A stretch of DNA of 64,000 bases, from positions 64,892-128,891 of the forward strand of contig LCBT01000003.1 of the NCBI GenBank assembly GCA_000997385.1. Reading direction: 5' to 3'. This document shows, piece by piece, positions 1-9,661 of the stretch. Every line of letters begins with the position of its first letter. The stretch's first letter is position 1. The position numbers and the translations under genes are program-made. This DNA is from Candidatus Daviesbacteria bacterium GW2011_GWA1_41_61 (GTDB lineage Bacteria; Patescibacteriota; Microgenomatia; Daviesbacterales; UBA10151). Below the pieces are notes generated by a model. It had not been told where the DNA came from. It made no database searches and saw only the letters and a program-made list of their open reading frames with translations.

Positions 1-390
1 TTAGAGATGCCAGTGGATATTTTAATCCCAGCAGCTTTAGAAGGAGTAATCACTGAAGATAATGCTGATAAAATTCAAGCCAAGATAATTTTGGAGATGG
101 CCAACGGTCCAATAACTGCTGAGGCAGATGAGATCTTGGCTAAAAAAGGTGTTGTGGTAGTGCCGGATGTGCTAGCTAACTCCGGTGGGGTAACAGTTTC
201 TTACTTTGAATGGTATCAAAACATGCACTCTGAAAGTTGGACTAAAGAGAAGGTTAACACTAAATTAAAGGAAAAGATGGTTGGGGCTTTTGATGAAGTT
301 TGGAAGATTCATAAGGAGAAGGGTGTGGATTTAAGAACAGCAGCCTATGTTTTAGCTTTACAAAGATTAGTAGCTGCTAAGAAGATTTAA
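1..390 (+). CDS. gdhA: Glutamate dehydrogenase, C-terminal portion (5' end outside window)
   Basis: Open in-frame from nt 1. C-terminal Glu/Leu/Phe/Val dehydrogenase motifs are present ([35 protein letters not shown]). TAA stop at 388-390. Confidence 0.85.
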   Translation, partial: LEMPVDILIPAALEGVITEDNADKIQAKIILEMANGPITAEADEILAKKGVVVVPDVLANSGGVTVSYFEWYQNMHSESWTKEKVNTKLKEKMVGAFDEVWKIHKEKGVDLRTAAYVLALQRLVAAKKI

Positions 391-426
391 ATCTTTTTAT
401 TTGCTATACTTGCCCATAAAATAGTT

Positions 427-1014
427 ATGAGTGAGCTAATAGTCAGTTTGGGGGAAGATTTTTTCCCAATAGATCCTCGGTTTCATCGTCAGAAACCGGT
501 GGCTTACAGTAAAGGATTCCGCATTGATTCAATTGAAGCACGAGGAGGTATTACGTGGCTGTCTTATAGATTACTACCTACACAATCTCCACTTATAAGG
601 TGGGGTGAGATCGAAACTGCATTAGAACAACGGCTAGGAAATTATGTCTATCCCTTTGTTTCTTTCTATTTAAGGGGCGATATGGTTTTAAATTTAGTAG
701 AGGGTGCAAGCCACCAATTAAGAGTTAAGTGTTTATTAGAAGACAAATCAAGGGGAGTGATTTACTGTGGAACCCCAAACAACCGTAATTTTTATGATGG
801 AGAGCTTTGGGATATAAAAAGGGTTGGTAGGGATTATTTGTTTGGATGGTTAATCGAGTATTGGCGAGCTATAGAAGACAACCCTTATCAATTAGAAGAA
901 GCATGGAAAAGAATAATGGGGGAAGACTATGAGTGGAAAGGTGAGGGAGGTACTTTACTAGTGCCAAAAAAGCCAGGTATTTGGGCTTTTTCCCGAATGA
1001 GGTTTGTTATTTAG
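427..1014 (+). CDS. Hypothetical protein (195 aa)
   Basis: Long ORF in a co-directional gene context. No recognisable motifs. Confidence 0.45.
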   Translation: MSELIVSLGEDFFPIDPRFHRQKPVAYSKGFRIDSIEARGGITWLSYRLLPTQSPLIRWGEIETALEQRLGNYVYPFVSFYLRGDMVLNLVEGASHQLRVKCLLEDKSRGVIYCGTPNNRNFYDGELWDIKRVGRDYLFGWLIEYWRAIEDNPYQLEEAWKRIMGEDYEWKGEGGTLLVPKKPGIWAFSRMRFVI

Positions 1015-1323
1015 TGATTAATCTTAAAAAGGACACCCCTGTAAGGCCAGGCCTTTTATGGTTAAATATTGTTTGTTATTTTAAGATGGTACTCCCCCTT
1101 GGTAACTCCAAAAAACTCTAGACTTTTTTGATCACTGATTGTCTTTTGCTCATCTGACATCTGTTGCCAGTTTTTCCAGATTCTTTTTTGCTCTTTTATA
1201 GTTGGTTCTTTGTGGATTAACTCTATTCCTGTTTCCGCTCTCTATCTGTGTACAGGATCTTTTAATAGAGTGGTTGCCTGAGTGGGATGAAATCTTTTAA
1301 TTTTTTCTACAGTGAATGGGGAT

Positions 1324-2034
1324 TTATACATAGTCAATAGTAATTGTTTCTATAGGTAATATTTCCTCAGCTTGTTCTACAAAAGCTTGGTAAGAAAGTT
1401 GATGATTGGTTTTAGAAAAATAGCTCAGTATATCTTCTGGATGAACCCACTCAGTTTTTTTCTGCCCTAAATATTCTGGCAAAGAGGATGGCTGAGAAAA
1501 ACAGGCACGCCAGACGACCTCTGGTGAGGCTGACTTTTTCTTTTGATTTTTTATTGGGTTTTGATGAATATATGAGGTAAGATAAAGCAGTTGTGGTTCT
1601 GAGTCAACCATGACCGCTTTATAAACGTCTTGGAATAAACGACCAACACGTTCGTATTTAGTGTTGAAAAATTTAGCATATCGCAAACAGAGAGAATTCA
1701 TAAATGTATCGATACTATTTGCCGAGTTCTGCTTGATCAGAAAATGAAAATGATTTGGCATTAAACAATAGGCATTTAGCATGATTTCACCATGAAAGTT
1801 ATTTAAACGTAATAGCCTTAAAATTTTATATTTCTCCTTGTAACTAGTATTTGGATCAGATAATTTCTTTCTTAGAGCCTCTTCATTTTTAGGTAATAAA
1901 TATTCTTTAAGATAAGAAAGAAAGACAGCATAGTCTTGATCGTCTTGAAAAATAGGACGTTTTTCAACACCTCGATTATAGAGGTGATAGTAGGTATTTT
2001 CAGAATATACTTTTATGGAATTTTTTGAGGCCAT
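1324..2034 (-). CDS. IS200/IS605-like HUH Y1 transposase (RAYT-like), 236 aa with long C-terminal extension
   Basis: HUH motif (MPNHFHFLI) and catalytic-Tyr region (LTSYIHQNP) in the spacing typical of Y1 transposases. No tnpB partner. Confidence 0.75.
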   Translation of the reverse strand: MASKNSIKVYSENTYYHLYNRGVEKRPIFQDDQDYAVFLSYLKEYLLPKNEEALRKKLSDPNTSYKEKYKILRLLRLNNFHGEIMLNAYCLMPNHFHFLIKQNSANSIDTFMNSLCLRYAKFFNTKYERVGRLFQDVYKAVMVDSEPQLLYLTSYIHQNPIKNQKKKSASPEVVWRACFSQPSSLPEYLGQKKTEWVHPEDILSYFSKTNHQLSYQAFVEQAEEILPIETITIDYV

Positions 2035-2057
2035 AAATTTAGTTTGCAGTACTAGAT

Positions 2058-2639
2058 TTAGACTGTCAATAATCTAGCCTCATCAGACGACCTCTGGTGA
2101 GGCTGGTGAGGATAAGAATTAAAGATTTTGGTTTTGAGCCAGGATTTGAGGAGCCAGACTAGGGAAACTGAGATGAAGCCTAAGGCAATGCCTCCTACAA
2201 TATCCAAAGGGTAATGAACTCCGACAAAAATTCTGGCAAAGCCTACCGAAACCATAAGAATTAAAAACAACAAAGTCCATTTGGATCTGTAAAAGTAGTA
2301 ACTGAAAGCTACTGTGGCCATAGCGGTGGTATGTTCTGAAGGGAATGAGGCATCAGGCAGGTGTTTTATGAGCGGCTCTAAGTTGTAAGTGACAAAGGGG
2401 CGGGGTTCAACGTAGAAAAGGTGGAAGATTTTTATAATAATCTCAGCAAAAATTAAGCTCAGAATAATCACTAATAAAGCCTTTTTTTCTTTGACTCCTC
2501 CTTTGATAGCCAGGATGAAGATGGAAGCAATTACAAAGTAGATAAGATACTGAGCTGTAAAAACCATTAGATTGTCTAAAAAAGGGAACTTCTGGCCTAA
2601 GCTGAAAATTTGAAAAAAAAGTTCAGTATTAAAAGGCAT
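2058..2639 (-). CDS. PAP2-family phosphatase (undecaprenyl-diphosphatase/PgpB-like), membrane
   Basis: PAP2 motifs are present: EPRP, PSEHT and FARIFVGVHYPLDIVGG. Multiple TM helices. Confidence 0.75.
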   Translation of the reverse strand: MPFNTELFFQIFSLGQKFPFLDNLMVFTAQYLIYFVIASIFILAIKGGVKEKKALLVIILSLIFAEIIIKIFHLFYVEPRPFVTYNLEPLIKHLPDASFPSEHTTAMATVAFSYYFYRSKWTLLFLILMVSVGFARIFVGVHYPLDIVGGIALGFISVSLVWLLKSWLKTKIFNSYPHQPHQRSSDEARLLTV

Positions 2640-2645
2640 GGCAGG

Positions 2646-3026
2646 TTAAACAAACATCGCTTTAAGGTAAGGCAGGAAGATGATCAGTCCGACAATAGCT
2701 GAAGCAATAATAACAATGACTACAGAACCAGCTGAGAAATCTTTAGCCAGTTTAGCCTTGGGGTGGACTTCTTCGGTAAAGGAGTCAACGATAGCTTCTA
2801 CAGCACTGTTTCCCAGTTCGGCGGATAATACTAGCCCGATGAGGATGATCACAATCATCCAATCAACTCGGGAGATTTGAAAATAGAATCCAGCTAAGAT
2901 GACCAAAAAAGCTTCTATTAAACCAATTTTCCAGTTGGTCTCTGTTTTGATGGCAGAGTACATTCCCTCAAAAGCAAATCTAAAAGAATGGAAAAGCTTT
3001 TTAGTAGGTTGAGTTACCGACTCCAT
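2646..3026 (-). CDS. dgkA: Diacylglycerol/undecaprenol kinase family protein (DgkA-like)
   Basis: Motifs FRFAFEG, ETNWKIGLIEAF, SAELGNSAVEAIVD. Start moved to the internal Met (MESVTQP) because the longer ORF overlaps dus and its N-terminus is non-protein-like. Confidence 0.7.
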   Translation of the reverse strand: MESVTQPTKKLFHSFRFAFEGMYSAIKTETNWKIGLIEAFLVILAGFYFQISRVDWMIVIILIGLVLSAELGNSAVEAIVDSFTEEVHPKAKLAKDFSAGSVVIVIIASAIVGLIIFLPYLKAMFV

Positions 3027-3120
3027 AAGTTTAGTATAACACTTCTTTAATCTTTGCCAATACAATATGAGGATAGTAAATTTGGCGTAAGAATCTTGTA
3101 TAATTCTCCTAAGGGAAATT

Positions 3121-4071
3121 ATGGCTAATTTTTGGCAGAAACTAAAAAAACCGTTTTTTGCCTTGGCTCCAATGGATGATGTTACAGACACTGTCTTTAG
3201 ACAGATTATAGTAAGCTGTGGCAAACCTGACGTTTTCTTTACCGAGTTTGTCAGCGCTGATGGTTTAATCTCCTCCGGACAGCAGAAACTGCTGCAAAAA
3301 TTTCAGTTTAGCGAAGCAGAAAGACCGATCGTGGCTCAAATCTGGGGTACTAAGCCTGAGACGATGTACCAGGCTGCCATGATAATTAAAGATTTAGGTT
3401 TTGATGGGATTGATATTAACATGGGCTGCCCGGACAGATCAGTGGTCAAAAGTGGGGCTGGTGGGGCATTGATTGATAATCCCACTTTGGCCCAAGAAGT
3501 TATTTTGGCTACTCAAGAGGGGGCAGGAGGACTGCCTTTAAGTGTTAAAACCAGGATTGGATTTAAAACTGTCCAAACTGAACAATGGATCAGTTTCCTG
3601 TTAAAATTTGACCTGGCAGCTTTAACTGTTCATGGCCGGACTGTGGCTGAACTTTCTAAGGTTCCTGCTCACTGGGAGGAAATTGGCCGGGCAGCAGCAG
3701 TTAGGGATCAACTGGGTGTTAAAATTTTACTTATCGGTAATGGTGATGTTACCACTTTCCATGATGGATTAAAAAAAGCCAAGCAGTTTAAAATAGATGG
3801 GATCATGATTGGGCGGGGGATTTTTAAAAGTCCTTGGATTTTTAATCCTCAGGTAGACACTTCCCAAGTTACTCCTCAAAAGAGGCTGCAGCTTTTATTG
3901 GAACATGCCCGGCTTTTTGATGAGGTCTGGCAGGGTTCTAAAAACTTTGCCATCTTAAAAAAGTTTTTTAATTCTTATGTTAGGGGTTTTAAAGGAGCCA
4001 GTGATTTAAGAATAAAACTGATGGAAACTAAAACTTTAGCGGATGTTGAACAGTTGGTGGGCAACCAGTAA
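3121..4071 (+). CDS. dus: tRNA-dihydrouridine synthase
   Basis: Dus TIM-barrel motifs: LAPMDDVTD, IWG..PE, DINMGCP, KSGAGGALI. Confidence 0.8.
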   Translation: MANFWQKLKKPFFALAPMDDVTDTVFRQIIVSCGKPDVFFTEFVSADGLISSGQQKLLQKFQFSEAERPIVAQIWGTKPETMYQAAMIIKDLGFDGIDINMGCPDRSVVKSGAGGALIDNPTLAQEVILATQEGAGGLPLSVKTRIGFKTVQTEQWISFLLKFDLAALTVHGRTVAELSKVPAHWEEIGRAAAVRDQLGVKILLIGNGDVTTFHDGLKKAKQFKIDGIMIGRGIFKSPWIFNPQVDTSQVTPQKRLQLLLEHARLFDEVWQGSKNFAILKKFFNSYVRGFKGASDLRIKLMETKTLADVEQLVGNQ

Positions 4072-4101
4072 TTTGGTATAGTTAAAATACACCTGCCCTC
4101 T

Positions 4102-6771
4102 TTGGATTTGGGAAGGTATCTTTCAATGATTGGAAACACCTTTGGATTATCTCAAGATGAGGTTCGTTTAAGACTTAAGGAGCACGGGCCTAATGAAATC
4201 AAAGGTACTCGTAAGACTCACCCGCTGCAAATTTTTTTAAGACAAACTAAAAAGAACCTAATTCTCTATCTGTTGCTTTTTGCCTCTTTGATCTCTTTTG
4301 TTGTCGGAGAAACTGTAACTGCCGTGACTATTGTATTGGTGGCTGCTATGGTTGTGACTGTCTCTTTTATCCAAGAATATCGGGCAGAGAAGGCTATCCA
4401 GGCTTTAAAACAAATGGTGGTACCGATATCGACGGCAATAAGAGGGGGGAAAGAGACGGAAGTGCTATCTTCCCAGCTTGTTCCGGGGGATATAGTGACT
4501 CTCCGCAGCGGAGAGAAAATTCCCGCCGATTGTTTGTTGATCGAAGAGAATAATTTAAGAGTTGATGAATCGGTTTTAACCGGAGAATCGCGGGAAATTT
4601 CTAAAAAAGCTGCCCGCAGTGAGCATTCTTACGGTGAAGAAAATATGATTTTTATGGGTACTTTTGTAATTGCTGGCCGTTGCCGGGCAAAAATCGTCCA
4701 CACCGGGATGAATACCAGGTTTGGAGCTATCGCTAGTATGATCTCGGAAACTGAGAAAAGTTTGCCTCTTCAACAAAAGCTTAATAAGATCGCCCGTTTT
4801 ATGGTGATAGTGGCAGTAGTGGCCTCTTTCTCAACCGGCCTTTTAATGCTTACTAGGGCTGAAGTTTTAAGCTACCAATCTTTAACTAATATCTTAATTT
4901 TAACCCTGGCCCTGGCTGTTTCTGCTTTTCCAGAAGGTTTACCGGCAGTTTTGATCACTACCTTGGCGGTAGGAGCCCGGCGGATGGCTAAGAAAAACGC
5001 TATTGTCAACCGTATGTCCATCATTGAGACACTGGGTGAAACGACAGTTATTTGTACCGATAAAACCGGCACTTTAACCAGTGGCGAGATGACAGTTAAA
5101 AAGATCTATCTTAATGGAAAGATGGTGCAGGTTTCAGGAAGCGGTTATGAGGCTGCGGGGGAATTTTCTGTGGCTGAAAGAAGCTTTGATCCTAAAAAAA
5201 ATCCAGGGCTTACTTTGTTGTTGAAGACAGCGGTTATCTGTAATGACAGCCGGATTAAAAGGACCGGTGAGGACCACCAATATAAGATTAGCGGTACCCC
5301 GACTGAAGGAGCCTTAATGATTTTAGCCGCCAAAGCCCATCTTTTCCGGGAGGACTTATCTTATCTTAGAGTAGAAGAGATCCCTTTTACTTCCGACAGA
5401 AAGATGATGTCAGTGCTATCTAAAGAAAAAGAGGGTAACTTTATCTATGCTAAAGGAGCTCCGGAAATTTTACTGGCTAAATGCCATTGTCAGCAGATTA
5501 ACGGTAAATGTGTCACTTTAAATGAAGCCCAAAAAGAGGAGATCCTTAAAGAAAATGCCCAGTTAAACCATCAGTCTTACCGAACTTTGGCTTTAGCCTA
5601 CAAAAAAGTTGAGCGGCTGGATAAAGATTACAGCGAGGACGGATTGATCTGGGCGGGATTAGTGGGGATGGAAGATCCTCCCCGGGAAGAAGTGGCCCAA
5701 GCCTTACAACTTTGCCAAAGCGCTGGTATCAGTGTCAAAATGGTTACCGGTGATCATCAAGAAACTGCTTTAGCCATCGCTTCCCAGATAGGCTTATCGG
5801 GGAAGGCCGTTGAGGGAACTGATTTAGATCAACTAACGGATGAGGAGTTAGCTAAGGTAGTAAACCAAATAACTATTTTTAGCCGGGTCAGACCGGAGCA
5901 TAAGCTGAGAATCGTTAAAGCTTTACAAGCTATCGGTGAGATAGTTACCATGACTGGTGATGGAGTCAATGATGCCCCAGCTTTAAAAGAGGCTCATATC
6001 GGGGTAGCAATGGGGAAAAACGGTACTGATGTCTCCCGATCTGTGGCTGATCTTACTTTAAAGGATGATAACTTTGCTACTATTGTCGAGGCAATTAAAG
6101 AGGGCAGATCTATTTTTAACAATATCAGGAAATTTGTAAGCTATCAGCTGGCATGCAATTGGGCGGAAATTTTAATACTTTTTATAGGGGTCTTGCTCTC
6201 TCCATTTTTAGGATGGCAGGCCCCGCTTCTTTTGGCCCTGCAAATCCTTTTTATGAATTTGGTGACAGATGATCTTCCGGCTATTACTTTAGGATTAAAC
6301 CGTACTTCCAAGGATGTAATGCGTATCAAACCCCGCCGGAAGGCTGAAATATTTAACAGACCGCTTTTTTATATGACCATTGGGGTAGGGGTATTAATGG
6401 CTTTTTTGACTTTAACATCCTTTTATATCTCCTTTAATATTTTAGGGCAGGGCTTGGAAGTAGCTAGAACGACTGCTTTGGTTACCTTAATTTTGTTGGA
6501 GATAGCCGGAGCTTTCAGCTACCGCTCCTTCAGGCAAAAGGTTTTAACCAGATCTCCTTTTGCCAATATTTATCTAGTTTATGCTTCTGTCATCTCCGTC
6601 ATCGCTACTTTAGTGATTGTTTATTCCCCTTTAAGTCATGTCTTTGAGACAACTTCTTTGGACAGTTTCAGTTGGTTTATAGCTTCTCTGGCAGCAATTA
6701 TACTGGTGATTATTTTAGATTTAGTGAAGAATCTTGATATTAGCAGAAGTGTTACTCAGACCACCTCTTGA
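4102..6771 (+). CDS. Cation-transporting P-type ATPase (Ca2+/Mg2+ type, P2)
   Basis: CTDKTGTLT phosphorylation motif, TGDGVNDAPALK, TGES actuator motif, about 10 TM segments. TGA stop. Confidence 0.9.
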   Translation: MDLGRYLSMIGNTFGLSQDEVRLRLKEHGPNEIKGTRKTHPLQIFLRQTKKNLILYLLLFASLISFVVGETVTAVTIVLVAAMVVTVSFIQEYRAEKAIQALKQMVVPISTAIRGGKETEVLSSQLVPGDIVTLRSGEKIPADCLLIEENNLRVDESVLTGESREISKKAARSEHSYGEENMIFMGTFVIAGRCRAKIVHTGMNTRFGAIASMISETEKSLPLQQKLNKIARFMVIVAVVASFSTGLLMLTRAEVLSYQSLTNILILTLALAVSAFPEGLPAVLITTLAVGARRMAKKNAIVNRMSIIETLGETTVICTDKTGTLTSGEMTVKKIYLNGKMVQVSGSGYEAAGEFSVAERSFDPKKNPGLTLLLKTAVICNDSRIKRTGEDHQYKISGTPTEGALMILAAKAHLFREDLSYLRVEEIPFTSDRKMMSVLSKEKEGNFIYAKGAPEILLAKCHCQQINGKCVTLNEAQKEEILKENAQLNHQSYRTLALAYKKVERLDKDYSEDGLIWAGLVGMEDPPREEVAQALQLCQSAGISVKMVTGDHQETALAIASQIGLSGKAVEGTDLDQLTDEELAKVVNQITIFSRVRPEHKLRIVKALQAIGEIVTMTGDGVNDAPALKEAHIGVAMGKNGTDVSRSVADLTLKDDNFATIVEAIKEGRSIFNNIRKFVSYQLACNWAEILILFIGVLLSPFLGWQAPLLLALQILFMNLVTDDLPAITLGLNRTSKDVMRIKPRRKAEIFNRPLFYMTIGVGVLMAFLTLTSFYISFNILGQGLEVARTTALVTLILLEIAGAFSYRSFRQKVLTRSPFANIYLVYASVISVIATLVIVYSPLSHVFETTSLDSFSWFIASLAAIILVIILDLVKNLDISRSVTQTTS

Positions 6772-6886
6772 GGAGATTCTTTCTACTGATTCGGGAGAAA
6801 TTTAGTTTGGGAGACTAATTTGAGGGAGAAGTAAACCGTAACTCACAATATCTTTCTTGTGAAGTACGAAGCAGGTCATTATAATA

Positions 6887-7375
6887 GTGGGGCTGATGTT
6901 TCGTTCGTCTTATTGGGCTATCATACCGCTGCTTATCATCGGGGGGATGTTGCTGTGGGGAGTTTTTATCTATGAGGCGGGGGATAAAAAAGAAATCAAA
7001 GTTGAACTTATACCAGTTACAGCAACCCCGATTCCTTCTTTAAGCCCGGTTCCCCAAGAGGCCTCACCTACCCCCCAGCTGGTTTTAAGCCAATATAAAA
7101 TTAAAGTTTTAAATGGCAGCGGCAGGAAAGGTGAAGCAGCTAAAACGGGAGAGATTTTAGAAGCGGCAGGCTTTAGCGTCTCAGCTATTGGTAATAATGA
7201 CACGAGCAATTACAAAACTACCTTGATCCAAGTTACTAAAGAGGTTCCTGAGGAGTTTATTACAAAGCTGGAAGAAGTTTTAGGTAAAGAGCTTGTTTTA
7301 GCTGCCAAGGTAGAAGTGGTCAGCGAAGTTGATAACCCGGTTACTGTCATAGTCGGCCGGGGAAAAAGGAGGTGA
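6887..7375 (+). CDS. LytR_C domain membrane protein
   Basis: N-terminal TM segment, Pro/Thr-rich linker, C-terminal VLNGSGRKGEAAKTGEILEAAGFSV..IGNND typical of the LytR C-terminal domain. Confidence 0.6.
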   Translation: MGLMFRSSYWAIIPLLIIGGMLLWGVFIYEAGDKKEIKVELIPVTATPIPSLSPVPQEASPTPQLVLSQYKIKVLNGSGRKGEAAKTGEILEAAGFSVSAIGNNDTSNYKTTLIQVTKEVPEEFITKLEEVLGKELVLAAKVEVVSEVDNPVTVIVGRGKRR

Positions 7376-7381
7376 GAAGTT

Positions 7382-7654
7382 ATGGATGATAAAAAAGATT
7401 CAGACCAAGGGATAGAGTTTAATTTGAATTTAGATACTACCCCTATTTTTTATACAGATTTTATTCAAATTGAAGCTAATGAAGATGGGGTGACATTAAA
7501 CATCTGTCAAAGAGTTGGTTCCCCCAAGAAACTGCGGATTGTTTCCAGGGTTGGGATGAGTAGGGAACATGCTAAAAAGTTTGTCAAAGCTTTAAAAGAT
7601 CTGTTAGAACTTTCTGGCGGTCAGATCCAAACAGGCAAAGCAGCCAGGGCTTAA
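7382..7654 (+). CDS. Hypothetical small protein (90 aa)
   Basis: ORF immediately follows the LytR_C gene. No recognised motifs. Confidence 0.4.
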   Translation: MDDKKDSDQGIEFNLNLDTTPIFYTDFIQIEANEDGVTLNICQRVGSPKKLRIVSRVGMSREHAKKFVKALKDLLELSGGQIQTGKAARA

Positions 7655-7743
7655 ATGTGCTTTCATACCAAAATTTTGCCTAATTTTCTTCTAAATTTCA
7701 TACTTTTTTATTAGCATATATGACTAGAAGGGGGTGAAGGATA

Positions 7744-7899
7744 ATGGAAGAGAAGATGTTTGAATGTGGTGATGATGACTTTATGGCCCGGGGTAGAAAT
7801 CTAGACGAGCTGATGGAGATTGCTAAGATGCATTCTGAGAAACAGCATGGTATGAAGATTTCTAATGAAGAGGCCAAAGCTAAAATTAAAGAGGTTTAA
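7744..7899 (+). CDS. DUF1059-like small protein (51 aa), not in the supplied ORF track
   Basis: ATG at 7744 is preceded by AAGGGGGTGAAGG. The translation MEEKMFECGDDDFMARGRNLDELMEIAKMHSEKQHGMKISNEEAKAKIKEV matches the DUF1059 pattern (F-C-D..G..eEL...H..HGM). Confidence 0.5.
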   Translation: MEEKMFECGDDDFMARGRNLDELMEIAKMHSEKQHGMKISNEEAKAKIKEV

Positions 7900-8080
7900 C
7901 CTGAGTAGGCTGAGATACATCGGTAACACTTCTAAGATAGAAGAACTATTCTTAGGAGGTGATTTTTATCTGTAATTTATCTTTCATAGCTCTTACCGTG
8001 TTTTAACCCTTAATATAAATTTGACTGCTAGGATAAGTAAGTTTATTGTTAGTAAATCTAATATACGAGGAGGTGAGAAT

Positions 8081-8482
8081 ATGCCAAATGGATATGGACC
8101 AATGATGGGGGGAGGACCGATGATGGGAGGTTTTCCAGCGACCTATGGGGGAGGAGTTCCTTATTGGTGGGGGGCACCATATGGCTGGACAGATCTAGAC
8201 CTGTATGATTATAATAATAACTTCGTTTTAGATGATGACGAGATTACAGCCTTAGTTCGGGATAATATTGAGGCTGATCCGTTTATTCCTCCTTTTGACC
8301 AGAATAATATTAAGGTTGAGGTTAAAAACAGAGTGGTGACCCTTGCGGGAACTGTCAAAACTCCCCGTTCCAAACCCTTAGCTTATGCCGATGCTTTCTG
8401 GAGCAGTGGGGTAGCGGACGTGGTCAGTAATATCGAAGTTACCCCACTGGAACGCAAGGAAGGCCAGAGAGGGAAAAAGTAA
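8081..8482 (+). CDS. BON-domain protein (OsmY-like) with Gly/Met/Pro-rich N-terminus
   Basis: Internal ATG with a GGAGGTGAG ribosome-binding site. BON domain runs DDEITALVRDNIEADP...IKVEVKNRVVTLAGTV...VADVVSNIEV. Confidence 0.65.
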   Translation: MPNGYGPMMGGGPMMGGFPATYGGGVPYWWGAPYGWTDLDLYDYNNNFVLDDDEITALVRDNIEADPFIPPFDQNNIKVEVKNRVVTLAGTVKTPRSKPLAYADAFWSSGVADVVSNIEVTPLERKEGQRGKK

Positions 8483-8560
8483 GCAGGTGGATGGTAAAAG
8501 AAAAGAACAAGAGATGATTGGTGAAAAGGCAGCATCTTTTCAAAGAAGGGTGGTGAAATT

Positions 8561-9004
8561 ATGGCAAGTTTAATTCCCAGAGATTTTTTAAGTTTTCCAC
8601 GCCTTCGCCTTCCTTTACTTTGGGATGAGTTGAGAGAAGATCTTGAGGAGATGAGGGTAGGGATGATGGTAGTACCTCGGGGCATGTCAATTTATGAGGA
8701 TGATAAAAACGTCTTTGTTGAAGCCACAGTTGCAGGAGTTGATCCCAAAGATGTTGAAGTAACCTTTGATAAAGATAACAGGACTTTGTGGATTAGGGCT
8801 GAGGTCAAGAAGGAAGAAGGAGAGGAGAAAAGGAAATATTACCATAGGCAGGTGCGAACCTATTCCTATCAGGTCATGCTTCCCAGTAGTGTGGATACAA
8901 GTAAAGACCCGGATGTAAGTTACAGGAATGGGTTGCTGGTAGCAAAATTTGCTAAATCACCGGCAATGCAACCCAAGAAAATTCCTGTTAAAATAGCAGG
9001 ATAA
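8561..9004 (+). CDS. Hsp20/alpha-crystallin family small heat-shock protein
   Basis: Alpha-crystallin domain (YEDDKNVFVEATVAGVDPKDVEVTFDKDNRTLWIRAEV...LLVAKFAK). Good ribosome-binding site. Confidence 0.8.
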   Translation: MASLIPRDFLSFPRLRLPLLWDELREDLEEMRVGMMVVPRGMSIYEDDKNVFVEATVAGVDPKDVEVTFDKDNRTLWIRAEVKKEEGEEKRKYYHRQVRTYSYQVMLPSSVDTSKDPDVSYRNGLLVAKFAKSPAMQPKKIPVKIAG

Positions 9005-9006
9005 AA

Positions 9007-9654
9007 ATGTTTTTTGAAAACCGTCAGGAAGCAGGGAAAAAGCTGGCCGGTGAACTTTTTAAATACCGCAGCGAAAATCCTTATGTTTTAGCCATGCCCC
9101 GGGGTGGAGTGCCCATAGGCTTTGAGGTAGCTGAGGTTTTACATGCCCCACTGTCAGTGATCGTGGTTCGTAAGATTGGCTTATCGGGTAACCGGGAATT
9201 TGGTATTGGGGCAATTGCTGAAGGTGGTGTAAAAGTATTGGATCAGACTACTATCGAAGTTTTAGCTATAGATGAGGAAGAGATAAAGGATACACTTCAG
9301 TTGGAAGAAGAGGAGTTAAAAAGAAGAGTTAAAACTTATCGGGGTAAGAAGCCTTTGCCAGATCTGACAGGCAGAACCGCTGTTTTAGTTGATGATGGTA
9401 TGGCCACAGGGATTACCGCTAAAGCAGCTATTGAATCGGTAAAAAAACTTAATCCCCAGAAAATTGTTTTAGCTATACCTGTTTGTGCTTTGGACACTGT
9501 TGAAGGTTTTAAAAAAATGGCTGATGAGGTTATTTGTTTGGCTGCCCCTGCCGAATTTATGGCAGTTGGGCTTTGGTATAAAAATTTTGCTCAAATTTCT
9601 GATGAAGAGGTGGTGGATTTACTGAAGAAGGCTGAAAATTTTAAGCGGGTATAA
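9007..9654 (+). CDS. Putative phosphoribosyltransferase (type I PRTase fold, COG1926-like)
   Basis: PRPP-binding loop VLVDDGMATGIT. Confidence 0.65.
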   Translation: MFFENRQEAGKKLAGELFKYRSENPYVLAMPRGGVPIGFEVAEVLHAPLSVIVVRKIGLSGNREFGIGAIAEGGVKVLDQTTIEVLAIDEEEIKDTLQLEEEELKRRVKTYRGKKPLPDLTGRTAVLVDDGMATGITAKAAIESVKKLNPQKIVLAIPVCALDTVEGFKKMADEVICLAAPAEFMAVGLWYKNFAQISDEEVVDLLKKAENFKRV

Positions 9655-9661
9655 CTAAAGT

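Noticed and set aside
1052-1068. Short GC hairpin (AAGGC-CAG-GCCTT) after the 427..1014 gene as a terminator
   Set aside because: The stem is only 5 bp with a weak T-tract. That is not convincing.
2680-6329. Short antisense ORFs in the six-frame track (2680..2880, 4576..4776, 4872..5072, 5145..5333, 6144..6329)
   Set aside because: They lie entirely inside well-supported genes on the opposite strand and have no motifs or start-site signals.
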